A stretch of 63,887 bases of DNA, filler included, from Sphacelaria rigidula (lineage: Eukaryota), in assembly GCA_964200075.2 (NCBI GenBank). It is 8 parts of 8 records of this genome, joined end to end, with 100 filler letters (N's around TTAATTAATTAA, not from the genome) between each part and the next. Parts side by side here need not be neighbours in the genome. Positions count along the whole stretch, not along the records: positions 47,995 to 55,891 come from CAXNAA020013059.1; positions 55,992 to 63,887 come from CAXNAA020013060.1; 6 more parts are not named here. The stretch is one strand, 5' to 3'. Shown here one piece after another: positions 48,241 through 59,721 of the stretch. Position numbers and translations under genes: made by a program. Positions within the stretch are counted from its first letter, which is position 1. Each line of letters begins with the position of its first letter. The notes beneath the pieces are model-generated. The model did not search any database, was not told the origin of the DNA, and worked only from the letters and a program-made list of their open reading frames with translations.

Positions 48241-49419
48241 TTTCTGATGATGATGATCATACTGCATAAGGAGCCCGACATGGTGGTGTGTCGGATGAAA
48301 TCCACGGCAGTCAAGCCGTCAAAAGTTGTGCCTTTGGCCGAATAATTAGCGGGGATAGTTCCCCTGCTTAACCGCGATATATTATGGTAGTGTGGGGCCT
48401 CATTTTTGTTCATGAAAATTGGATCTCCGGGCTTCCTTTTCGCCCCGGGTCATGCACCGTGTTTAATCGACGGTGGGATTGGAGACGGAGTTCATGCTGC
48501 TTCTTTTTATTTCTCTCGTTGGTTTCGAAGATTGTTTTCGGGAACACATTGTGATTTGTCAGATTTTTTTTTTCCCCTTCTTTTACAGGGTCTGCGTGTC
48601 GGAGCGTTGTATAGCAATCCCGATTTGACATCGTAATTCATACCAGGATTTCAAAAAAGTGAGCTATCGCGTTTTGTCACGTTTTAAGAATCATAATGAC
48701 CGCCGCGCCCCGGTGGTATTTTTTTTTATTCTTTGACGAAATGGTAGAACTGACCACGGTGGGAAAAAACGCGTATTTAATTCCCACCAGATGGATGCGT
48801 TCGAGTTTTTCACACCGTGGACGATACGGCGTATAGACTTCATTTTGCGAAAAAGTGTACTGCGTATAGACAGTATAGACCATTGCGTCTGTTGCAATTG
48901 ACGATGATAAATTGCATACGGCACAAGCTACAAATTGTTCACCGGGGTGTGAATTTTTTTCTTCAAAGTATATGATTTCCATGCCTGAGAGCAGGGGGAC
49001 GTGAGCTACGAAAGAGCTTGTTCGACTCAGTTCGTTTGACGGCAGTCAACGCGGTGCGGAAGCGCCGGAGCGATCCGCGAGTCCAAAATGCAATGCGTGC
49101 GCCCGAGGAGAGACGGGTTGATCCCTTGACACCACGGTGCATGGTCGTTTTATTCTTTCATCGCAAGGTTCCGGGTTGACGAGTTCGGTTTATTGCTGAT
49201 TTTTATCGCGTGTAGTGCTGAAGGTTTTGTGTTCCACGTCTGTTTTCTGTGTTTGTTGTCCATTTGACTGGCTCTCTTTGTTATCTCCGGCATATGCTCC
49301 TGTTTTCTTTTCTTTTTCCCCTTCGCATTAGTTCTTATATTCAGACCCGCGATTCAAATGCCCTGTTCCTACGGCATTTCTCTGTTTTTCTGTACCGTGG
49401 TCCGTGTCGAAATGGATGA

Positions 49420-49722
<303 letters not shown>

Positions 49723-50614
49723 TAGCTGTGTCGGAAGAAATATAAGGGTATCTCCCGAAAAGTGGACACCTAACTTGTGGGGGGTACTAGAAGCTGGCTA
49801 TTTTGCTGGGTATCATTGCTCCCGATCGACTATATATATTTTATGTTTGTTCGTATACACGGTGATTTTTGTTGTTGATATGTGCTCTGCCGTTGTCCTG
49901 GGTGAGTTTCACGTTGAGTGTATATGTGTTTTTGTTGCGTTTCTTTTGTGTTGTGGACACGCCTCTTTTTTTTCAAAGACGAGTAATTTATCGTGTAGCA
50001 CTTGTAAGCGTATGCTGCTCCTCTCCGTACCCTTGAAGGCCGAGAGGAACCGTCCGCTCAACGACGGTTAAATTCGCGGGGACACAGTATGGCAAAAGCC
50101 ACTTCGCGTCACTCCCCTCGCCGCCCTTTCCCCGCCCGTCCCGCGGCCTTTATAGTCATGGTACGTTAGATGGTGGCGAGAAAATGATAGCTGCACAAGG
50201 AGACGGATGATGGTCACAGACGGTGGAACAGGAAATAGATGAGACATGGAAAAGGTTCTCATGTAACGTATGGAAAAAACAAATGTAGTGAGCGCAGAAC
50301 GGTCAGATGAAGCAACAAATGAGTACGGATGAGATCTTTGAAAGGTTTTTGTGCTATGTATGGAAGGAACGTCAAGAGTACCTAATGTTGGAGGTGTCTC
50401 CATCAGGAGTAGGAATGGTGCTCCGTATCATCCTCGAAAGGGATGCTGGGTCAATGGTCGAACGACTAAGGCAAGCAACAAATGAGTACGCCCTCGCCGC
50501 CGCCGCCTTGATATATGTATTTATCATATTGCCTGATTCGACGTATGTATCTTTGCTTCAATTCTCTACATATTGTGTGGTCGTGACCGTGCACGTGGCG
50601 TATCTATCCTGCAG

Positions 50615-50711
50615 GGGATAACGTGTTGGATGTGGAGCCGCTGGAGCCAATAAACATGGAACTGGACGACGAGGATGATCTGCCCGTGCTCGATTGGTTC
50701 TACGACTCGAA
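50615..50711 (+). CDS. PRPF8: Prp8 internal exon
   Basis: [31 protein letters not shown]; phases 1/2 fit neighbours. Confidence 0.95.
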
Positions 50712-51032
50712 GTGAGAAAGGGCTTGTTACCCAGAGAGCACGCGTGTCGCTAGTTGTTATTTCGGATCGTGTCAAGTCATCGATCTTCAGTCGCGTCGCA
50801 GTAGATGCCTCTCCGCGAATGTCTCATTCAATCGCTAGGATTGGGAGATCGCTGGCGGCAATAAGCAACGCGTCCACACACACACTGGGAGAGTTGTCAA
50901 GCACAAGTATCCCACCTGTTCTTCAGGGTTGTCCCTTCCGGCTGCGGCGGAAGTACTGGGCGCGTACGAGCAGTACATGGAAGCCCGCTACCCCCACCCC
51001 TGGCACTGAAGTTGCTCGAGTGTAGGCTCAAA

Positions 51033-51421
51033 GTGTGTGTGTGTATGTGTGTGTGCTGTCATCCCATCTATTCTGGACCTGTCTACACAACTCGGTATAT
51101 ATGGGCGCATCAGTCGGGGTCACAAAGGAGGAGGGCCAGCACAGGATCTTTTTCTTTTCCCTTTTTCCTTTTGTTTCAGTCCTCCACCTTCCTTCTGCGA
51201 TGCTTGGCTTCATCTTATATCTCGATCTCGAGGGTTCAGCAGTCCCTTTCCCGCATCGGCCGTCAAGTCGAATTTTTTGTACCCACGACGTAGTAGTCGC
51301 TCTCCACTGTTGGGCATGTGGGAGACAAAACCCCAGATCGTGTGACTGCACCGGGATTCCAACCCACGACCCAACCGTCAGAAGGTTCCGAGGTTATCAA
51401 CTAAGCCACCAGGGCGACCGG
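51033..51421 (-). mobile_element. Full-length tRNA-derived SINE with (CA)n tail (intronic)
   Basis: Head TGGCTTAGTTG..GGTTGGAATCC (A/B boxes); other copies at 32000, 47995 and 52588. Confidence 0.8.
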
Positions 51422-52299
51422 CTTTAGGATATAGTTTTGAGCCACAAAATTTTGGGCACAACTAGATTGAGAAATCTTGCAGTGTTGGTCGTAATGAAGC
51501 AAAAGTCAAGTTAGAGCACACAAACACAACCCCCCAAGAATATACGCATTTGATTTTACTTGGAACAGAACGCCGCGTACTGTACACTATGTATTCCCCC
51601 ATCATGCTATCTTGCCCATTTGTTTGTTCTCTGCTCCAGCTTTGAGTTTAGTAGCGGGCTGTGACAAACCAATCTGCTACATTTCGCGTGACTTGCTCCT
51701 CAATTGTTTCGGGTGGATCATGTATGACGACTCGGTTGCGATCCGTGAATCGCGGGTTTTTCGCTACGATTCCATCCTTGGCGTACGTAATGCCGTTGGG
51801 ATTTTATCCTGTCGATTATCAACGATTCGTTGCTATTTTAGTATTGAAGTGGTATTACTTATGATCTTGCACGCCGTAGTTATCATGACCATTGATATTT
51901 TGATAGTGGGGGGGGGAGGGGGGGCGTACTCACTTGTTGCTTGCCTTAGTCATTCGACCATTAACCACGCATCCCTTTCGAGACGGGGCACCGTTCCTAT
52001 TCCTAATAGAGACAGCTCCAACATTTGGGTGCTCATTACGTTAGTAGTGGAAGTGTACTCATGATCATGCATGCCATAGTCGTAAGACCGTTGACCTCGC
52101 ATCCCTACAAGGCCGGGACAGAGCATGCCGGGTGTTCGCCGGACCAGGCTTGCCGTTAGTAGTCGGGGGGGGGGGGGAAGGGTGTACTTCTGATTATGCA
52201 TGCTAGGGGGGAGGGGGGAGGTATTCTGCGGGCAAAGGTCGCGTACATTCCCGTCATCCCCTCTCCTCCCTATGTTTCGCTGCTGTTGGAATCGAACAG

Positions 52300-52422
52300 G
52301 CCTCTGCAGTACCACAAGAAATGGGTGAACGGCCCAAGCTACAGGCGGTGGAAGCTGAACGTGCCGATCTTGGCCAACTGCTACCGCCTAGCGGGACAGC
52401 TGATGAGCGATCTCCTCGACAA
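52300..52422 (+). CDS. PRPF8: Prp8 internal exon
   Basis: [43 protein letters not shown]|..|GTGAG. Confidence 0.95.
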
Positions 52423-52496
52423 GTGAGTGTTTTTAAGTGCTATTAATAGTGCTTTGCTTGCTTGCTTGCTTACCTTCTTTGGTTCAGCTTCGTCTA

Positions 52497-53050
52497 ATGC
52501 TACTACTGTAGGGGTGCACAAATATTTTCCGAGGTTGAAATTGTTTCGAGCCCTGTATCTCATCCAAAACACGACTTGCACAATATGTGAGTATGTGTTA
52601 TCCCATCTATTCTGCTGGACGTCAGTCTACACCTTCCGGTATAAGTGGGCGCACCAGCCGGGATCACACAGGAGAAAGGTCAACACAAGAAAATTTTATT
52701 TTGTTTGTTTCTAGTACCCCACCTTCTTTCTGTGGTGCTTGCCTTTATTGGTTGTCGCTTGAGAGGTTCAGCAGTTCCTTTCCCTCGTCGACCATTGAGT
52801 CGATTTTTGTCTACCCACGACATGGTCTCTCTCCAGTGTTGGGCATCAAGTGAGAAAAAAGTCCCAGATCTCTCCGAGATTCGAACCCACGACCCAACCG
52901 TCAGGATAGAGCACGCTAGGATTACTCGCGAATGAATTTGCAACCGGGGATGCCCTGACCCATATTATTGTGCATCTAGAATCGCGAGGAGCCCCTGAAC
53001 CACAGACACCATTTAGCGCAAAAATTGCATCTCTACCGTAGTATTGCCTC
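52497..53050. mobile_element. MITE (family of 3289-3545) interrupted by a SINE at ~52588-52905
   Basis: Both halves align inverted to 3289-3545; the insert matches 51045-51381. Confidence 0.75.
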
Positions 53051-54170
53051 TTCCATGAAAATATCCGTTTGATGGTTTTCCATTCCATTGGCTCGTACGT
53101 GTTATTGCTAGTGAATCACATGTACGTGCATTGTCCATGCATTCGTCACGGAACGTTTTCATGCCAAACGGCCTGTGTGCGGTACATTGAATGAATTCAG
53201 AGTGTCGAGTTTTTTTTTTTTGCATCGCAGTAAAAGTAACATGGCGATGCCGATCGCCTGCTACTGGATGCTTCTCTACATGTCTTTCGGAAGGGGGAGG
53301 GCAGGGCGTACTCATTTGTTGCTTGCCTTAGTCGTGTGACCATTGACCACGCATCCCTTTGGAGACGGAGCATGGGGGGGGAGGGGGGCTCGCCAGTCAG
53401 CGATGGTTGAACACGCTTTATTATTATTATTATTATTGTTGTCAAACTATGTAACGCGGACTCCGACCCCCAATCATTGCCCGAGGCAAGCTGAGAACTG
53501 TGGGGTACGGGGGGTAGGTGGCTGGAGTGCCCCGAGTCAAGTTTGCTCTGTATCTTGGCTCATATCGATGCTCCGGAAGGCGCTGATTCGAGCTGAAACA
53601 CGCGCTGCACACGCTGCACGCACGTTGGGCGAGCGCTTAAGTCTGTCACCATCACGAACATGTACTGCCTCTGATCAGCAAGGAGTACAACGTCGATTTG
53701 GACAAAATGCACAAGTGTATTTTTCGATGGGGAGGCGATGGAAGAAACGAGAACTACTCCCTGCTTTTCAGGTTATTTTCTCAAACGCCCCGCCTGTGTC
53801 GAACACAGTGACGGACAAAAATGTATATATGTATCAAAAGTTGTTGTAACATATCTGAAATCCCTCACTCAACCCGCAAATCGACCGTATTGCGGAATAT
53901 TCAAGTTAACATTATATTTCTGATCAGACGGAGTATATTCATACAGATATACTGTATGTTCAAGCGTCGCTCAATTTGTCCCCACTGGGGTAAAATACAA
54001 TGGGGATGTTATGTAGGATATATACCCAGGCGTTGGGGTTTTTCGGTTGCGATACAAAAACAAATCGGAATATCTGCAGAATCTCGAGTCTTGTTCCAGA
54101 CAATCCCGTATAGTTTCGGAAGTTTTTTCACGTGTACAATTCCTTTTTTATTGTTGTTGTCTTCACATTC

Positions 54171-54253
54171 ACCCTTTCGCAACCTACTGACGATTCTTCT
54201 TTTCGGGAATCGGCATCATTTTGAGCAAAAATCCTCAATGGGTTCCGAAAGGG
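54171..54253. mobile_element. piggyBac-type MITE
   Basis: CCCTTTCG..ACC / GGTTCCGAAAGGG followed by TTAA; related to 35231-35349. Confidence 0.7.
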
Positions 54254-54607
54254 TTAAGAACCGTTCCGATACCTGCGCAGTACTCTGTACTAGGCATCTG
54301 ATGCGGACGCCTTCCGTGGTCACAGGCTAACTACCCCCAAGCTAGGGTGAAAAAAGAGCCATGAAATGAAAATCGGACCCAGAAATAATTCACACAGACG
54401 CGATACAGAAGGAACGTAAAATCATGATATTTTGATACTTTTATGTGAAAACCTGAAATTCAGGCGGTATACACCCTTCCGAGCACAACCTCGACAAGAT
54501 ATACTGTCTCCATAATGGATGGCTTACTATTTTTATTGAGAACCAAAACTCTGGACTCCCGTAACCGCACCCCAATCGCACCCCCGTTCACGCCGGCGCG
54601 AACACAG

Positions 54608-54875
54608 AAACTACTGGTACCTGTTCGACAAGAAGGCGTTCTTCACGGCCAAGGCTCTCAACGTGGCGATGCCGGGTGGACCGAAGTTCGAGCCGCTCTT
54701 CCGAGACATGGATCGCGACGAGGAGGACTGGAACGAGTTCAACGATATCAACAAGATCATCATTCGTCACCAGATCCGGTCCGAGTACCGGGTCGCGTTC
54801 CCGTACCTGTACAACTCCCGCCCGAGGGCCGTGCACCTGGCGCCGTACCATCACCCCGCGCTGTACTACCTCAAG
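54608..54875 (+). CDS. PRPF8: Prp8 internal exon
   Basis: [33 protein letters not shown]...[28 protein letters not shown]. Confidence 0.97.
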
Positions 54876-55374
54876 GTGCGTGGTATGCTGTTCTGTGTGT
54901 TCTGTGTGTAAAAGTGATGCAGCCCCCCGTCCCCCGCCCCCCGTCCCCCGTCCCCCAGAAAAGTGGTTGGTTTGAGGAGGCAGCATTTCCGTGTAGACCA
55001 AAAAGACAAAAAGCGAGCACAGCAAGAAGCTGGGAAGTCCCATGCTCGGGATCGTTTCGCTAACGTCGCTCGTACAAGGAGCTTCAAACAGTCTGAACTC
55101 ACCCCTTATGAGGAGCCGGCATCACTCGTGTGTGTTCGTGTTTTCTTGCCGTACTGAAAGGGAGCGTATTTGTCAGGGTATGTGTCACTGTTGTTTTCGA
55201 TGATGATGTATGCTGAAGCTACTGTTGCTATTGTTTGTGATGCTGGTGGCGTTGACGTTATCGTTGTTGCTGTCGTCTCACCCCAAAGGTGGGGAGTTGA
55301 TGCGGCCGTGTGATCCCTCGAGATATATTTTGGAAAATGACTGATGTGTACACGTGTATTTGGGGGACGCGACT

Positions 55375-55585
55375 AGAGGTGGGCACCGGCAGACAAAGAA
55401 CCGGTTATAACCGGTTCTTGGAAACCCCCACAGGCGTTAACCGGTAACGGTAACGAAAAAAAACCGGACGTTTTTTGACGCGGTTAACCGGAAAACCGGT
55501 TTAACCGGGAAAAAGAGGCGTTATTACGCCGGTTTAACCGTTTTTTCCGGTGAACCGGTTTAACCGGTTTAACCGGTTCAATTCC
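55375..55585. mobile_element. hAT-like transposon end with subterminal AACCGG(TT) repeats
   Basis: TAGAGGTGGGCA terminus followed by more than ten AACCGG/CCGGTT motifs; other end not in the contig. Confidence 0.6.
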
Positions 55586-55891
55586 GAAGACGAAAGTTCG
55601 ATAGCAAAAGCGTGACACACGAGTCGTCACACGCTACACGTCACCACGTCACCCGATCAAGGGAAACTTTTCAAGAGTCAAAATCTGGATTGAGACATGG
55701 CAGGACTGTCGATGACAAATCAGCCCGTAAGCCCATGAGTCACTCTATATTCCAAACATGTTGTTTTTGTGGAAAGTGTGCAGCGGATTCAAGTATCTTT
55801 GAATCCTAGATATAATGAGTCGTGGCAGGCGAAAAAGCCCAAGGCAATCGCCAGTCACAGAGAAATTACGAAATGAACAGTCCGGGTACTC

Positions 55892-55991
55892 NNNNNNNNN
55901 NNNNNNNNNNNNNNNNNNNNNNNNNNNNNNNNNNNTTAATTAATTAANNNNNNNNNNNNNNNNNNNNNNNNNNNNNNNNNNNNNNNNNNNN
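55892..55991. other. Artificial contig spacer
   Basis: N44-TTAATTAATTAA-N44. Confidence 0.98.
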
Positions 55992-56448
55992 CGGTTTGCC
56001 CCCCTGTTGCCATTTTGGTGGCTTGGAACCTTTTGCTTCCACATACCCGCCCCGTGTGGGGGGGGGGGGGGGGGGGCATAAGACATGTGATCCATGACAG
56101 CTACGACATGAGAACAACTGCACATGTATAGCGAGGATTTCACTTGCTCGGTAAACGGGTGTGGTTTTGATTATTTGATTGAATGCCCCACATTAACTGA
56201 TCCCGAGGGACCCAGCCGTGATCACAAGATAAACGGGAACGCTCCTTGAAAGAAAAAGGAAAGTGAAAAAAAGCAAAAATATATTCGTAAAACAAACAAT
56301 CGAAGTAAGTTGAGAAATGAAAACCAGAACAGCGAACAAAAGGGGTGTGTGGCGATAGGGGAGACGCATCAAATACCTCTGTTGTTTCGTGTGATCGTGT
56401 GAAAATGATATCTTCCCCGTTTTATTGACGCGCGAAACCAGACTACAG

Positions 56449-56681
56449 GGGTCCAACTGATGACGAAAGAGAAGGTTGAGGTTACCAAAGGCGACGGCGA
56501 GGTTCTGGCTGCTACTCCACCACCCTCGGTGTTCCATACATCTGCAACGGGAGACACAAGTGCAACGTGTCCTAGCAACGCTCAAGAAAAATGGAATGAG
56601 GTAGAAAGCCGTGGGACTGACGCGAGAACAGGGAAAGGGGATACCGCTGACGATAATCCTAATCTCCGTCACGAGTACTGG
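56449..56681 (+). CDS. Penultimate exon of an unknown gene
   Basis: CAG|..TGG|GTGAGT; phase 0 matches the exon at 58355. Confidence 0.55.
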
Positions 56682-56708
56682 GTGAGTTGATTTGTGTCCC
56701 CCGGCATA

Positions 56709-57704
56709 CAGTTGCGGCCCGCAATTAAGAAAAAAATAGTTAGAAGAAAATGAGGCTGGGCCTTACACGGAAAATAAGAAATATAGACTAAGAAACACAC
56801 CTCAAATTGGGCGACAAGATAAGAAACATGAAAATAAGAAACAGCGCGGATACGTACCTAAAATCTAAAGTCATGGAATCTTACAAACTGGGGATGGATC
56901 TTTTATTGGGAATGAGAAACACGGAGAATGAAAATCTTCCTATCCACACCAAATCTTCGAAATATGGTTCCATCTCTTCACCTACTGATAGCTATTGACA
57001 ACTGCTACACGCCATACAACTTTGGATTTCGATCACTGAAATGTTGGGGTCCTAGGTGCAAAAACAATTTCGGAACCATTTTGGCGTCCGTTCGGACACC
57101 CGAATTTTCCCAAAAATAGTTTTTCACCTTGGACCCCATCATTTAGGTGATCGACATCCAGATTCCTATGGCGTATAGCAGTTGTCAATAGCTATCAGTA
57201 GGTGAAGAAATGGAACCATATTTCGAATATTTGGTGTGGAAATGAAGGTTATAATTCTCCGGGTTTCTCATCCCCAATAAAAGATCCATCCTCAATTTGT
57301 AAGATCCCGTGTGTGAAATAGGCATGAGGAGTAAGAAACTAGGTGACTGAGGAGCCCCTTCCCAACTAAGGAACGTACCCTCTATATTTAGACCCCCCCC
57401 CTGCTAAACTGTACTCCTTGTGGGAGCGGCATGCGTTCTTGATTTTGGGTAGCGCCAGTTAGAGACTGTTGACCTGCGGGGGTGTTTTGCGTTGGTTAAT
57501 TTGCGTGCAGCGAGGAGGTGGCGGAGGCAGTACATCGAGGATATAAGAAAACGACACTTTAGTAAAATCAACAGGATCCGGTCGGCCAGAAATATAAGAA
57601 AACTCAATATAAGAAAAAACACAACTTATGCTAGTGTTTGCGCCCGAAATAAGACTTTGAGCCTCAACCCCAAATTGACGTTTCTTATCTCCGGGCCGCA
57701 GCTG
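56709..57704. mobile_element. TA-flanked Tc1/mariner-like non-autonomous element containing a foldback
   Basis: TIR CAG(T/C)TGCGGCCCG....TAAGAAA; TA on both sides; internal TAAGAAA repeats. Confidence 0.8.
56878..57305. repeat. Long imperfect inverted repeat (~180-bp arms, ~65-nt loop)
   Basis: 56878-57058 is the reverse complement of 57125-57305; includes a perfect core TCTTCACCTACTGATAGCTATTGACAACTGCTA. Confidence 0.9.
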
Positions 57705-58354
57705 TAGTTGTTTACAGAGACACCAACTATCTTTCACAATATTGTACATGTTGTCGTCGACCAGCGGGCAGGGATGAATAGCGAGCACAGTGGATCAATG
57801 CCTCGAGTTTCCCAAGTCAAACCGCAGACAAGATGGTTCTCCCACGTCTAACCCGCACATCAAAATACTGAGACACCACTTTCTCCCAGGGTAGTGACAC
57901 TTGCTACTCCGAAAACAAGCAAAAGTATACATATAGCATGGCGTACGCATTACAGAGAGAACAGCAGTGCAGTCTTGTATGGTAAGAACGCAGGCATCCA
58001 CATCGATTACGCTGTCTATCTACGGTACGTGGGATCCTTTAGGCCGTCGTTGCTAGGCCGTGTTGCTCGCATTGCACAACTCATTTAACCCGCTGCCGTT
58101 GTACTTTCGTCCTGCACTGATGCATCCCAACAAACGAGAAGTGAGACCCGTCGGTAGATCCAAAAGTGGGATGATGAGCGATCTTTTGCCTATATTTCCT
58201 GTACTCGCACAGAGAGGATATACTCCAAGCCGTTGACATGATAAGCTCTAGCAAAACTTTGTACACCAATGCAGCCTGCTTCCCGCCACCCGTCTTCCCT
58301 TGCCCTGGACAATTTACCCATTCTTCCGCATCCCAACACGTCTACTCCAACCAG

Positions 58355-58744
58355 ATGCACAAGATAGAGATGCCCAACGAAGACGTGATAGTGGAAGTCG
58401 TCATCAACATATCCCCAGACAATCCATCGGATCTCGCGACAGCTTCATCGCCAGCTACGACGGACAAAAAGTTGGCCATGTCCAACAAGATTGATCAGAC
58501 GTCCGAAATTGTCAAGGACCCTGACAATCCTTTAATCACACCGTCCGTGACAGTATCGCGCACAGGCTGGTCTCTGTTCATTGAGGAGAGGGGTCCCGTC
58601 GGCGGAGACAGCGGTGGAGGTGCAGGAGGGAGCGGGCGACTCGGCCGTCTCACCTTTCCACAACCGATAATGCCCGAGTCTATCAAGAGCTTCTTTTGGG
58701 AGGGTGATCTGACGATCCGAGCTGTTCTTGCTGTGGAGTCGTAG
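58355..58744 (+). CDS. Terminal exon of an unknown gene, possibly a CS/HSP20-like (PIH1 C-terminal-like) beta domain
   Basis: CAG|MHKIEMPNEDVIVEVVINI...RLTFPQPIMPESIKSFFWEGDLTIRAVLAVES*; domain call is tentative. Confidence 0.55.
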   Translation: MHKIEMPNEDVIVEVVINISPDNPSDLATASSPATTDKKLAMSNKIDQTSEIVKDPDNPLITPSVTVSRTGWSLFIEERGPVGGDSGGGAGGSGRLGRLTFPQPIMPESIKSFFWEGDLTIRAVLAVES

Positions 58745-59431
58745 TAACGGGCTGCGGGATATTGGTATTAGGGGGATCTGGTGAAGAAGTATCAACGGCG
58801 TTGCAAGAGCATGTCGGCCTGCACCTTCTTCCCCGCCCGTTCCCCCTGCTTCGGCAACTACGGAAACGTGGACATGAGAACAATAAAATACGGAACACCG
58901 GAAGAAAGCCAGTGAGCAATCATCCTTTCAGACCCCGCAAATGGCACGTATCAATCATCATCAGTGAACCTGACGCCCATTCAAAAGATGGATACACCTA
59001 GGCGCTGACTCCTGAAGCTCCCAGGTGTCACACCCGCTTGATCGACTGCAAGGCATACTAGGTGACCATGTATATGTTTTGAAGAGCTAAATAATGAAAT
59101 CTAGTTCTGGGTTAACGTCTTCGGTAGTGAGTGGGGTCTGCAAAAGTGGGCTCCATAAATGCCCATTCCCCATGAAACTGAATTTAAGTGTAATGAAACA
59201 CAACCACAACAAATAAGGAGGGCTTTGGGCAATGAAATAGAAAGAAAAAGAAATCGTTACTCGAGGTGAGGGTTCATCCCCCCCTTTCGCATAACGACAG
59301 GAGGCTCCAACTGTGCACTTGTGAGGTGTTTGATGTGGCCGTGGCACGCTTCCTCGCAGTGTACCGCTGTAAAGTGGAGCAAGGTAATTGTCACGAGAGA
59401 TCTTGATGGGTTGAGCAGACGACGAACCCGA

Positions 59432-59721
59432 GTTGGGCGCTGCATCGCCGTGCTTTTCATTATTCATTCAGATATCGCCCGCTTGTGTACAGCTCACTCT
59501 GAGCCTTCTCTCTATCAATCTCAGCCCGAAGCCCCAAGTATAGAGCTCACAATATAGAGCCGCGGAGCCGGTCTAGCTCAACTGAGCACTGGCTACGGTA
59601 CTGGTTCTCGGACCATTCCTGTTGGTACTTTGTCCTGAAGCGTACTGGCTCCTATCAGGCTGGTTGACTACATGCCCGAGAATCTACGTATGGGATCTAT
59701 GTCTGATACAAACTCTGCACA
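59432..59721 (-). repeat. Probable 3' LTR of the copia element
   Basis: On the minus strand, polypurine tract GTGGGGGAG (59730-59722) is followed directly by TG; no partner LTR seen, so the far boundary is approximate. Confidence 0.5.
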
